DNA of 64,000 nucleotides, from positions 80,564 to 144,563 of the forward strand of contig CAVPGV010000010.1 in the NCBI GenBank assembly GCA_963704075.1, read 5' to 3'. This DNA is from an uncultured Actinomycetota bacterium. GTDB taxonomy: Bacteria; Actinomycetota; Actinomycetes; S36-B12; UBA10799. The translations under genes were made by a program, and so were the position numbers. Every line of letters starts with the position of its first letter. Positions within the stretch are counted from its first letter, which is position 1. This document shows, one piece after another, positions 39,822 to 48,746 of this stretch. The notes under the pieces were generated by a model. The model was not told the origin of the DNA and did not search any database. It was given only the letters and a program-made list of their open reading frames with translations.

Positions 39822-40414
39822 GTTCCCCAGCCGAGACGTCGCGCGGGTTGCGCCCTCTGATCCCCGTGGTCGTCCTCCTGGGCGTGATGTGGTTGCTCGA
39901 GATTCTGGACGCGGCCCTGCCTGGCGACCTCGACCAGTTCGGCATCGAGAGCCGTGACGTCGATGGCCTGACCGGAGTTGCGGCGTCCCCGTTCCTGCAC
40001 GCGGACTTCGCGCATCTGATGGCCAACACTGTGCCGTTCTTGATTCTGGGGTCGATCGTGGCGCTGCGGAACCCGCGTCGGTTCTGGCCGATCGTCATCA
40101 CCATCACAGTCGTCGGCGGGTTCGCGGTATGGCTGCTCGGCCCGTCCAACACGGTGACGATCGGTGCGAGTGGCGTGGTGTTCGGCTTCCTCACCTACTT
40201 GATCACCGCGGGCATACTGACCAGACACTGGCTGGACGTGGTCATCGCCGTGGGAGTCCTGTTCGTCTACGGCGGGATCCTGATCGGCGCTCTGCCGTTC
40301 GGGGTGTCCAGCGGCGTTTCCTGGCTGGCGCATCTGACCGGTGCGGCTGCAGGTGTCCTGGCGGCCCTCCTATTCGCCCGGCAGCCCGACAGTGTCGTCC
40401 ATGTGCCGCAGTGA
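39818..40414 (+). CDS. rhomboid family intramembrane serine protease
   Basis: ATGA overlap with the upstream stop. FLHADFAHLMANTVPF, GASGVVFG (catalytic Ser), WLAHLTGAAAG (catalytic His). Confidence 0.8.
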   Translation: MSSPAETSRGLRPLIPVVVLLGVMWLLEILDAALPGDLDQFGIESRDVDGLTGVAASPFLHADFAHLMANTVPFLILGSIVALRNPRRFWPIVITITVVGGFAVWLLGPSNTVTIGASGVVFGFLTYLITAGILTRHWLDVVIAVGVLFVYGGILIGALPFGVSSGVSWLAHLTGAAAGVLAALLFARQPDSVVHVPQ

Positions 40415-41599
40415 CGGCAGGAACCAGGTGGACAACGCCACCGCCAACACCCCCACAGCCATGATCACGAAGGCCACCTGCAGGCCCAAGAACTCGACCA
40501 TGGGTCCGCTGATCAAGTAGCCGATCGGCCCCGCGACGTACGCCGCGGACGTCAACAGGCCGATGACCCGCCCGCGCAGAACCCCGGGCGTGCGGTGCTG
40601 GATCATCAGGTTCACCAGGGGACCGACGGGTCCGTAGAACAGACCTGCGAGGACTGCGAAGATCAGCAGGACTGCGTACGTCGGCAAGGCGGCCATCCCG
40701 AGGACCGCGACCCCGGAACCGGTCATCGAGGTGACGAACGCCAGTCTCCTGCCGATGCGGTGGCCGACGGCCCCATAGATCAGCGCCCCGACGATGCCTC
40801 CGCCGGAGAGGGCCATCACGGTGACGCCGAGCCGCTCGGGCTGCTCGAGGCCCTGGAAGTAGACGGGCAGAACGACTCCTTCGATGGGCAGCCAGAACCC
40901 GACGATCACCATGCTGACCAGACCGACCGTTCGCAGAATCCGGTCGTTCCACACGAACCGCACCCCTTCCACGGTCGACGTCCACACCCCTGAGGCGTCC
41001 TCGTGACGCTCGGGGCGTCCCGCCCCGGGTATCCGCACCGCGTACATGATCACGGCACCCACCGCGAACATCGCGGCGGACAGCCAAAACGTGGTGGCCG
41101 CGCCGAGGAAGCCGATCGCCAGGCCGCCGATACCAGGACCGATCAGGAAGGCGGCCCCCCAGATCGCCTCGTGTATCCCGTTGGCCCGTTCCAGTCGCAG
41201 TCCCGCGCTGCGAGCCGCTTCAGGCAACATCGCTTCCCGCGCACTGATTCCGGCCGGGTCGAACGTGGCACCGAGCACGGCGAGCGCCGCCAGTGGCCAG
41301 AACGACAAACTGAACCAACCACTCAGGATCGGGACCAGGGCCACCGAGGTCATGGACAACAGGTCGGACACGACAGCCACCCGGCGACGACCGACGATGT
41401 CGACGATCACCCCGGCGAAAAGGAAAGAGACCAGCAAAGGCGCCGCCGTGATGGCGCCCAGCGCGCCCGCCGCACTCGCGGACCCGGTGGCCTCCAGCAC
41501 CAGCCACGGGAAGGCGATCATCGAGATACCGTTCGCGGTCCCGCTGAAGACCGTGGCAGCCTCCAGCGCCCCGAACGGCAGCCAGTTGCGCGAGGACAC
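40370..41599 (-). CDS. MFS transporter
   Basis: Start taken at GTG 41599 (VSSRNWLPFGALEA). About 12 TM helices. IVDIVGRRR loop motif. The 3' end overlaps the convergent rhomboid gene by 45 nt. Confidence 0.8.
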   Translation of the reverse strand: MSSRNWLPFGALEAATVFSGTANGISMIAFPWLVLEATGSASAAGALGAITAAPLLVSFLFAGVIVDIVGRRRVAVVSDLLSMTSVALVPILSGWFSLSFWPLAALAVLGATFDPAGISAREAMLPEAARSAGLRLERANGIHEAIWGAAFLIGPGIGGLAIGFLGAATTFWLSAAMFAVGAVIMYAVRIPGAGRPERHEDASGVWTSTVEGVRFVWNDRILRTVGLVSMVIVGFWLPIEGVVLPVYFQGLEQPERLGVTVMALSGGGIVGALIYGAVGHRIGRRLAFVTSMTGSGVAVLGMAALPTYAVLLIFAVLAGLFYGPVGPLVNLMIQHRTPGVLRGRVIGLLTSAAYVAGPIGYLISGPMVEFLGLQVAFVIMAVGVLAVALSTWFLPSLRHMDDTVGLPGE

Positions 41600-41850
41600 A
41601 CCGCATTGTCTCCGGTGGTGATAGTCGTGGCTGCGCCGGGCGGACGACCACCGCACGCGTCGCGGGAATCCATCCGCCCGTTCAGCCAGATCAGGCCATC
41701 GCCCGCTGGACTGTTGCGGCAACGGACCGGCCGAGCGGGGTCCGCATAGTGAGGTGGAGCGTCTGCCGGCGCCTTAGCCGCTGGCGTACTGATCGTGCGC
41801 GGTCACGGCGACTCACCTGCTCCGCGGACTGCCATTACCACTTCCGGCTC

Positions 41851-43122
41851 ATGACAAGGCAGGATGGTTCTGTGACTTCATGGCCCGGGGGATCGTTACA
41901 CACCAGCGCGCAGGTGGTGGTGGTTGGCGCGGGCATCGCCGGCTTGAACGCCGCCCATCACCTCACGGAGGCCGGGCTCGACGTCGTGGTCGTGGAGGCC
42001 TCAGACCGAGTCGGTGGCCGGATCCAGACCGACGAAGTGGATGGATTCCTGCTCGACCACGGTTTCCAGCTCTACAACCCGTCCTACCCGGACGGGGCGC
42101 GTGTCCTCGACCATGAAGCGCTCGAACTGCGTCCCTTCTTCCCGGGCGCCGTGCTCAGCACCGAGGCGGGACCCCGCTGGCTGGTCGACCCACGCCGAGC
42201 CACCCGCGCGGCTCTTCGCAATGTGCGGACCCCGCTGGGCGTGATCGGCACCCTCCAAACCCTTCGCTACTTCACGGGCTGCGCGGTGACCGACCCCGAG
42301 GAGTTGCAGCAACGACCGGACATGTCGACCAAAGAGGCGTTCGAGCAGGCGCACATCGGGGGCCGGGCCGGGCGGATGCTGCTTCAACCCTTCCTCTCCG
42401 GGGTGCTGGCGGACACCGAATTGCAGACGAGTCGTCGTTTCACCGACTTCGTGCTGCGGTCGCTTTCCCGTGGGACGCCCGCCGTCCCCGCGGCAGGGAT
42501 GCGCGCCATACCGGATCAGCTGGCTCGTCCGCTGCGTCGCAGAATCTTCCGGGGGGTGCCGGTTCACTCAGTGGCGCCGGACCGCGTCGAAACCCATGCA
42601 GGATCGATCGACTGCGAAGCCGTCATCGTGGCGACCGACCCGATGACAGCAGCGAGCCTCGTGCCCGACCTGCCCACTCCGGCAATGCGAGCCCTGACCA
42701 CCTGGTACTTCGGCATCGAGGAGGACGACCTCTACAACGGCCGGCCCGTACTCGTGCTGGATTCAGAGCACCGGGGACCGGTCACCAACACCGTCGTTGT
42801 GAGCTATGCGGCACCTGAGTACGCCCCGCAGGGCCGCCATCTTGTCCAAGCAACCGCGGTTGGCCTGAAGGAGACGGGTATCGACGAGGTTCGACAGCAC
42901 CTCGCCGATCTGTATGGCGTTCCAACGGGGCACTGGGAGCTCGTGGGCCATTACCCCATCCCTGAGGCCCTGCCCGCGGCCGTCCCGCCCTTCCAGGTAC
43001 GCAGCCCCCAGGATTTCGACGGGGTGCTGGTGGCCGGGGACCATCGTGACACCCCGTCGATCCAAGGTGCGCTGGTCAGCGGAAGGCGAGCTGCGGCCAC
43101 CGTTATCCGACGACTGCAGTAG
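41851..43122 (+). CDS. NAD(P)/FAD-dependent oxidoreductase (amine oxidase / desaturase fold)
   Basis: Start at MTRQDGS (41851). VVVVGAGIAGLNAAHHL..VVVVEASDRVGGRI dinucleotide motif. C-terminal GDHRDTPSIQGALVSG. Confidence 0.75.
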   Translation: MTRQDGSVTSWPGGSLHTSAQVVVVGAGIAGLNAAHHLTEAGLDVVVVEASDRVGGRIQTDEVDGFLLDHGFQLYNPSYPDGARVLDHEALELRPFFPGAVLSTEAGPRWLVDPRRATRAALRNVRTPLGVIGTLQTLRYFTGCAVTDPEELQQRPDMSTKEAFEQAHIGGRAGRMLLQPFLSGVLADTELQTSRRFTDFVLRSLSRGTPAVPAAGMRAIPDQLARPLRRRIFRGVPVHSVAPDRVETHAGSIDCEAVIVATDPMTAASLVPDLPTPAMRALTTWYFGIEEDDLYNGRPVLVLDSEHRGPVTNTVVVSYAAPEYAPQGRHLVQATAVGLKETGIDEVRQHLADLYGVPTGHWELVGHYPIPEALPAAVPPFQVRSPQDFDGVLVAGDHRDTPSIQGALVSGRRAAATVIRRLQ

Positions 43123-43172
43123 GCCCTCATCTTCCCGAGGTCGTCGGGTCCGCGGTGGCCCGCGGGTCTGAA

Positions 43173-43446
43173 TTGACGCAGATTGAACACAACTATGCCA
43201 GGAGCAGCATCAAGACAACCTGGAAGAAGTCGTGATCGCCGAAAGTGATCACACGGTTGTTGTCGAAGGCTGACACCCACCGACTCGCACACCACGTGTC
43301 CTTGGAAGGGACAGGCCTCGTACTTCACGATCGAGGTCGATGGGCAGTCTAACCCGGACGCTGCATGGACGTACCCGGATCCCAAACCGGAGGCGGGCAA
43401 GATCAAGGATCACGTCGCCTTCTGGGAGGGCGTTGTCGTCTCCTGA
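43173..43446 (+). pseudogene. DUF427-family gene remnant (frame breaks plus internal deletion)
   Basis: My own translation. SIKTTWKK is in one frame, EVVIAESDHTVVVEG-stop (TGA 43271-43273) in a second, and LTPTDSHTTCPWKGQASYFTIEVDGQSNPDAAWTYPDPKPEAGKIKDHVAFWEGVVVS-stop in a third. About 13 residues expected between VVVEG and LTPTDS in the family (the N.YFP..V segment) are absent. Confidence 0.6.
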
Positions 43447-43478
43447 CAGACCCGTTCCGCCGCCCGGCGGACCGCTGT

Positions 43479-44783
43479 TCAGGGGGGTCCGCGGGTGTGG
43501 GTGATGACGGGGATGGTGTGGGTGTCCATGGTGATGGTGTAGCGGCCGTGGTGCAGGTCGTGATGACATCGCGAACATAAGAGGGCCAGATTTGACAGGT
43601 CGGTTCGGCCGCCGTCTTTCCAGTGCAGGATGTGGTGGGCGTGGCAGTGTCGGGGGGAGCGTCCGCAGCGGATGCAGCCGCGGTCGCGGGCGATCAGCGC
43701 CGCCCACTGCGCGGCGGACGCCCGGCGTTGCCGGCGGCCGAGCGCCAGGGGGATGAAGGTGCCGGTGCGTTTGATCCCGAAGATCACCGTGCACACCGCG
43801 GCACAGGCCAGCAGGTCGAAGCTGCCGGCGCCCAGCGGGGTGCCGTCGACCAGGGTCGCCTGGTCACCGTCGGGCAGGTGTTCGAGGTCGACGAGGATGC
43901 TGACGGCGGATACTCCGAGCGGACGGGTGTTGGCTGCGGCGGCTGTTGCCATGTCGGCCAGGGCGTCGGCGCGGCGCTGGGCCGGGGTGGTCGTGTCGTG
44001 GGTGTCTGGGGGTCGGGTGAACGAGGCCAGGGTGTCGGCCAGGATCGCCCCGTCCACCTCATCCAGCAGCCCGGTGATCGCCCACATCCCGTTCGCCCGG
44101 GCGGACAGTCGCAGGGAGCGTTTGGCGCGTTGCTGGTCGATGGTCAGGTCCAGGTGGGCCGGGTTGTCGGCGTCCGCGGCGACCTGCAACACCCGTCGCA
44201 CCTCCGAGGCGTCGGTGAGTTTCGCCAGGCCGACGGCGGCGGCTTGTTTGGCGGTGAAGTCGTCGATGCCCGGGGCGTGGGCCAGGATCTGATGCACATG
44301 CAACCCCGAAATGGCGCCGTCGGCCCAGGCGTCTTTCACGCTCGGCAGGTCCTGCAACTGCTTGGCGGTGTTCACCATCCCCGACCCCACGGCGACCGGA
44401 CTGTTGGTGGCGATCGCCACCAGCGACCCGGTGGTCCCGGCGCCCAGCACCCGGGAATCCCCCGCGGCATCCGCCGCGCCGGCCAGACCGGTCAGATACG
44501 CCTCCAGCCGGTTACGCAGCCTCGCGGTGACCGCCAGGGCCGCGGCGCGTTCCTCCGCACACAGGTGCTCCGGATCCGGCAGACCATCAATGTCGTCGTT
44601 GATCTGGTCGAACCCGGCCGGCGCCACCGTCGGCAAGCACGCCCGGATCCGGGCCCGGCGGTGCGCCGCGTGCGACACATCGAAAAACGACGAAGAAGAA
44701 GAACCAGAAGCCACAGCACACCCCCGATCGACACACGACTTGAATGTCGAATCGGAAGGGCCCGATGCCCACCGCGACGTCAC
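43479..44783 (-). CDS. DUF222 + HNH endonuclease protein (REP13E12-type)
   Basis: 434 aa. C-terminal HNH nuclease (RDRGCIRCGRSPRHCHAHHILHWKDGGRTDLSNLALLCSRCHHDLHHG) after a long helical DUF222-type region. The start is uncertain (GTG 44783 or an internal GTG). Confidence 0.8.
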   Translation of the reverse strand: MTSRWASGPSDSTFKSCVDRGCAVASGSSSSSFFDVSHAAHRRARIRACLPTVAPAGFDQINDDIDGLPDPEHLCAEERAAALAVTARLRNRLEAYLTGLAGAADAAGDSRVLGAGTTGSLVAIATNSPVAVGSGMVNTAKQLQDLPSVKDAWADGAISGLHVHQILAHAPGIDDFTAKQAAAVGLAKLTDASEVRRVLQVAADADNPAHLDLTIDQQRAKRSLRLSARANGMWAITGLLDEVDGAILADTLASFTRPPDTHDTTTPAQRRADALADMATAAAANTRPLGVSAVSILVDLEHLPDGDQATLVDGTPLGAGSFDLLACAAVCTVIFGIKRTGTFIPLALGRRQRRASAAQWAALIARDRGCIRCGRSPRHCHAHHILHWKDGGRTDLSNLALLCSRCHHDLHHGRYTITMDTHTIPVITHTRGPP

Positions 44784-44816
44784 GAGCTGACAACCACGAA
44801 CTACCAGTTACTGACC

Positions 44817-45033
44817 ACCGTAGACCGGACCTCTGACATTTCCCCGGCCACTTACTCACACCGTAAACCGGACCCCTGACATTTCCCCGAGCTACTGATC
44901 CATACCGTGAACCGGACCTCTGACATTTCCTGAGCTACCTGTTTCACACCGTAAACCCAGGGTTTGACATTTCTCCGATCACTTGTCCACACCATGAACG
45001 GACCCTCTGACAAATCCAGCGGGATCCAGCCGA
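44817..45033. repeat. tandem repeat array, five units of 43-44 bp (plus a decayed unit upstream)
   Basis: Units start at 44817, 44860, 44904, 44948 and 44991. Conserved part: ACCGTRAACCGGACCYCTGACATTTCC. A variable part of about 16 nt follows. A decayed unit overlaps the HNH gene start (about 44771-44816). Confidence 0.9.
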
Positions 45034-45175
45034 CCTACCGTCAGCACGCACAACAACCCAACTGAGGTCCCGGTAGGACGACCCATGCCGAGGCCACGAC
45101 GCCACTCCCCGGACCTCCGGCGCGCATCACCGGCCAGGGCCTGGCCCCAGCCCGCGCTGGCCAGGAGCGAGTAAT

Positions 45176-45739
45176 TCAGCGCCTGGTCTCGTATCTGGTC
45201 AGGAGCACGCCGTCGGGAAACGTCCGGGTCTCCACCAACCTAAGGTTCACCCAGTTGTCCAGGGCCGTGAAGAACGGGGTACCGCCGCCCACCAGGACGG
45301 GATGAGTGACGATCGCATACTCGTCAATCAGCCCGGCCCGCATGGCCGCCGCGGCAAGGGTGGCACCGCCGACGTCCATGCAACCGTCATCCTGAGTCTT
45401 GAGCCGGGTGATCTCGGTGACAGCGTCGCCGGACACCAGGCGGGCGTTACAGTCGACCACGCTGGTCGTCGAGGAGAACACGACCTTCGGCATGTCCCGC
45501 CAGCGGCGGGCGAACTCGATCTGCGCCGGTGTGGCGCCGGGCAACTGGTCAGCAGTCGGCCAGTAGGAGCTCATCGTCTCCCACAATCTGCGCCCGTACA
45601 ACGCCAGACCCGTCGCCTTCACCCGGTCTGACCACCACTGGAACAGTTCATCGCTCGGCACGCTCCAGCTGAGGTCGTCACCGGGCGCGGCGATGTAGCC
45701 GTCCAGGCTCAGGTTCATGGCAAAGGTCAGTCTCCGCAC
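45176..45739 (-). CDS. dihydrofolate reductase family protein (RibD C-terminal domain type)
   Basis: Start taken at GTG 45739 (VRRLTFAMNLSLDGYIAAPGDDLSW). VVFSSTT, GGATLAAAAMRAGLIDEYAIVTHPVLVGGGTPFF. Confidence 0.75.
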   Translation of the reverse strand: MRRLTFAMNLSLDGYIAAPGDDLSWSVPSDELFQWWSDRVKATGLALYGRRLWETMSSYWPTADQLPGATPAQIEFARRWRDMPKVVFSSTTSVVDCNARLVSGDAVTEITRLKTQDDGCMDVGGATLAAAAMRAGLIDEYAIVTHPVLVGGGTPFFTALDNWVNLRLVETRTFPDGVLLTRYETRR

Positions 45740-45858
45740 AGCGTCAGCCTCTCGTGAGTCGGCACTCGGCGTACAGACCAACACGGCGCGGAAGACTCCT
45801 CGCGCAGACCCCACCGAGGACCCGTGGACCACCCGCCCCAGCGGACGCTGCACGCCGA

Positions 45859-46330
45859 CTACGACCCCGTCGAGGGAGGCCCCAAGGCGTCGGGTACCGG
45901 CACACCCCGCTCCCGCGCGACCGTCTCGAACAACTCGCCGAACGGCGGGTGCATGTCGTTGTGGTCATGTCCGCTGATGCGCGGCTCGATGATGGAGCAA
46001 GCTGGCAGGTTTCCGGTCGAGGCGTCCCTGAGGAACTGGCCGCTGGAGACGAAGCGGGTGGCGCGGCTTCAGGCGGGCGGCGTGGATCACTCCGGGCTGA
46101 CGTGTGACCCAGTCCGGGATCGAGTTCGACGGATCCTCGCCGAACACACCCTCGCCCGTACCACTGGATCCTACGAGGATCGCCCGCTTCACCGGTCCGG
46201 CGTTCCAACTCGAAAGCACCGCACCGTCCATGCCCAGGCTCTCCACGTGATGAAATCCACCGTACGCCCACCCACATCGGCCATCCGCGAGCCGACAGGT
46301 CGCGTCTCCCACGCCCGATCCGGGTCGACG
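45859..46330 (-). pseudogene. gene remnant, weakly phosphoesterase (phospholipase C / acid phosphatase family)-like
   Basis: The protein-like minus-strand reading is split over two frames. First: ..GGFHHVESLGMDGAVLSSWNAGPVKRAILVGSSGTGEGVFGEDPSNSIPDWVTRQPGVIHAARLKPR. Second: TRFVSSGQFLRDASTGNLPACSIIEPRISGHDHNDMHPPFGE.., then a stop at 45859. The F..D...GNLP..S.IEPR....ND.HPP pattern resembles the PLC/AcpA phosphoesterase family. There is no intact ORF or credible start. Confidence 0.3.
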
Positions 46331-46534
46331 CTCGCCCATCAGAGCAGGACCCGCCCCGCAAGTTGGAGGTCGTACCTGGCCTTGCATGTCCAAGCCCGTC
46401 GTCGTCGAGGCCACAGGTCCGTACCTCGAGTGGCCGAATCCGTGGCTCAACGCCGGCAGGAACTCCCGGCACTGCGGACCCCAACCCCGCCCATCCCGGC
46501 GTGCGATTCCGCGAGACGCCCGTACCGTGGAGGG

Positions 46535-47476
46535 ATGGGCTGGAACATGACTGACATTCCCGATCTGTCGGGACACACATACCTCGTGACCGGAGCGACC
46601 TCGGGCCTCGGCCTGGAAAGCGCCAAAGCGCTGGCAGCAGCCGGAGGCCAGGTGATTCTGGCCGGTCGGTCACCGCAGCGGCTGTCAGACGCGCAGCGGC
46701 AGATACCCCGGCAGACGGAATCGCTGCTCGTCGACCTCGCGGATCTTGAGAGCGTGCACAAAGCCGCTGACAACCTCCCAGTGGAAACGTTGGACGTCCT
46801 GATCAACAACGCCGGGATCATGGCGCCTCCACTGGGACGCACCGTAGACGGTTTCGAGACCCAGATCGGGACCAACCATCTCGGGCACTTCGCACTCACC
46901 GGGCTGCTACTCCCCAAGATGCCGGTGGCCAGTCCCGGTGCGGATTCGCGGGTCGTGAACGTGTCGAGCGCCGCTCACAAGATGGGCAAGATGGATCTGG
47001 ACGACCTCAACTACGAGCGTCGCAAGTACTCCAATTGGCCTGCCTACGGTCAGAGCAAACTGGCGAATCTGCTGTTCACCGCCGAACTCGACCGGCGTGC
47101 GCACGAGGCCGGCTGGACCCTGAAGAGCGTTGCGGCGCACCCGGGTTTCTCGTCCACCAACCTGCAGTTCGCCGGGCCCGCGATGGCACACAATCCGGTC
47201 GGCAAGCAGATGACTCGGCTGATGAACGCGGTCATGGGCCAGTCGGCGGAATCCGGGGCACGACCGCAGTTGTATGCCGCCACCATGCCTGACGTGCGCA
47301 GCGGCGAGTATTACGGGCCGAAGGATTTCTTCGAGACCCGAGGGGCACCCAAACGCGTGGGACGCACCTCCGCGGCGAAAGACCAAGCCACCGCCGCTGG
47401 ACTGTGGGAGCTCTCCGAGGACTTGACAGGCGTCCACTACGACATGACGTCGCGGCCGAATTCGTCCACTGAGTAG
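46535..47476 (+). CDS. SDR family oxidoreductase (retinol-dehydrogenase-like)
   Basis: Start at MGWNMTD (46535) or ATG 46547. YLVTGATSGLGLESAKAL, NNAG, VSSAAH, YGQSKLANLLF catalytic motif. The 237 upstream codons of the ORF-track entry do not look like protein. Confidence 0.85.
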   Translation: MGWNMTDIPDLSGHTYLVTGATSGLGLESAKALAAAGGQVILAGRSPQRLSDAQRQIPRQTESLLVDLADLESVHKAADNLPVETLDVLINNAGIMAPPLGRTVDGFETQIGTNHLGHFALTGLLLPKMPVASPGADSRVVNVSSAAHKMGKMDLDDLNYERRKYSNWPAYGQSKLANLLFTAELDRRAHEAGWTLKSVAAHPGFSSTNLQFAGPAMAHNPVGKQMTRLMNAVMGQSAESGARPQLYAATMPDVRSGEYYGPKDFFETRGAPKRVGRTSAAKDQATAAGLWELSEDLTGVHYDMTSRPNSSTE

Positions 47477-47985
47477 GTCCAGACCGCAGCGGGCCAGGTG
47501 CCAGGCATCAGGCCCGCCTTGCGCCACAAGCCGGCAACGAACACCTCCCTGGTCTGCAGTTGTTCCCAGACTGCGGGCAGGAAGGTGCCCCGCCGTCCTT
47601 GCGCCGAGACGACCGCGCCTTGCCGCGGCAGCCGGGCGACCACGTCGTCGTAGGAGGTCGCCGGGAACTCGACGAGCGGACCGAGCACCGAGACCTCGAT
47701 GTGGACCCCACGGAGATCCTGTAGCGGCTCGAAGCGCGGATCTTCGAACGCCGCTGCGTAGGCGTGGTCGGCGATGTCTTGGCCGAGCGGCTGATACGGC
47801 TCAAGTGCACCGATACAGCCCAGCAGGTTCCCGTCGCGGCGCAAGGTGACGAACGCACATCCCCACTCCTGCAGGTAGTCGGGAAGACCCTGAACCGCGG
47901 CCCGGCCGCCGGTGGTCAACCCACGCACGATCGCTGCTTCTGCGATGTCGAGCATCTGCTCATGCTGGTGGTCGGTGAACATCAC
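47437..47985 (-). CDS. amrA: AmmeMemoRadiSam system protein A (AMMECR1 domain)
   Basis: 182 aa. GCAFVTLRRDGNLLGCIGALEP, AFEDPRFEPL, GTFLPAVWEQL. ATGA overlap with the amrB stop. Confidence 0.8.
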   Translation of the reverse strand: MMFTDHQHEQMLDIAEAAIVRGLTTGGRAAVQGLPDYLQEWGCAFVTLRRDGNLLGCIGALEPYQPLGQDIADHAYAAAFEDPRFEPLQDLRGVHIEVSVLGPLVEFPATSYDDVVARLPRQGAVVSAQGRRGTFLPAVWEQLQTREVFVAGLWRKAGLMPGTWPAAVWTYSVDEFGRDVMS

Positions 47986-48746
47986 AGCCCCACGGTGAAG
48001 GCGCCATAGCCGACCACGCGGTCATGGGGGCCCGCAGTGTCGCCGGAATTGCGCAGATCCAACAACTCGACCGGAAGGTCCAGTCGCTCGGCTGCAACCA
48101 GCAGCCCCCGCAGTGGATACGCGCCACATGCGTCCTCGTCGGCAATGTTGCGCCAATCGCGGGCGACGATCCGGGCGGCCGTGGCTGCGTCGCGTTCGCA
48201 TGCCTGCGCATACGGCAGGTAGTGGGACAGGTCCGTGGAGAGGACCACCAAGCTGTTTGGGTCGGCGAGGAACGGCTCAAGCACATCGGCGACGTCGAAC
48301 GGATCGGCCCGACCGACCAGCAGTGGCAGCAGCTGCCATCCGGGCTCCAGTTGCTCCTGCAGGAAAGGCAACTGCACTTCCAGACTGTGCTCGGGTGCGT
48401 GCGGATAGTCGTCGACGGTGACCGGCAGGTCGCGGATCGTCGTCTGATCGATCGCCACGTCCCCCAGGGGGGTGCGCCACGCGGATGCTGCCGGGGCGGC
48501 GATCCCAGCCACCGGAACGAAGTGCGCCGGCCCCGCGAGCACCACGCGCCGCGTGCGATGGACCCTGTGATAGGCGAAGGCTGCCACTGGGCCCGAATAG
48601 ATGTGGCCGGCGTGCGGAACGATGATCCCGGCCGGCTGCTCGGTCCCCTGGGGGGCGGCAGCAAGCCACCCCTGGACCTCGTGGGCCAAAGTGCGTTCAT
48701 CGCCGGTGTAGAACCTGCCGGCGACCGCGGGTTCTCGGACGTCCAT
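47982..48746 (-). CDS. amrB: AmmeMemoRadiSam system protein B (Memo family)
   Basis: Start at MDVREPAVAGRFY (48746), sharing one base with the upstream stop (TGATG). IIVPHAGHIYSG, EHSLEVQLPFL, STDLSHY. Confidence 0.8.
   Translation of the reverse strand: MDVREPAVAGRFYTGDERTLAHEVQGWLAAAPQGTEQPAGIIVPHAGHIYSGPVAAFAYHRVHRTRRVVLAGPAHFVPVAGIAAPAASAWRTPLGDVAIDQTTIRDLPVTVDDYPHAPEHSLEVQLPFLQEQLEPGWQLLPLLVGRADPFDVADVLEPFLADPNSLVVLSTDLSHYLPYAQACERDAATAARIVARDWRNIADEDACGAYPLRGLLVAAERLDLPVELLDLRNSGDTAGPHDRVVGYGAFTVGL

Noticed and set aside
43479-44783. DUF222-HNH gene as evidence of a prophage, integrative element or defence system
   Set aside because: No integrase, recombinase, phage structural or partner defence genes are adjacent. 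A solitary REP13E12-type ORF is common in actinobacterial chromosomes.
44817-45033. Repeat-spacer-like array considered as a CRISPR
   Set aside because: The variable segments are only about 16 nt. The repeat units degrade towards both ends and are not palindromic in the CRISPR manner. No cas gene lies in the window. A minisatellite or iteron-like array fits better.
45824-46534. 237-codon N-terminal extension of the SDR gene given by the ORF track
   Set aside because: The translation is not protein-like. A canonical SDR N-terminus (YLVTGATSGLG) follows immediately after ATG 46535. The minus strand here carries the gene remnant instead.
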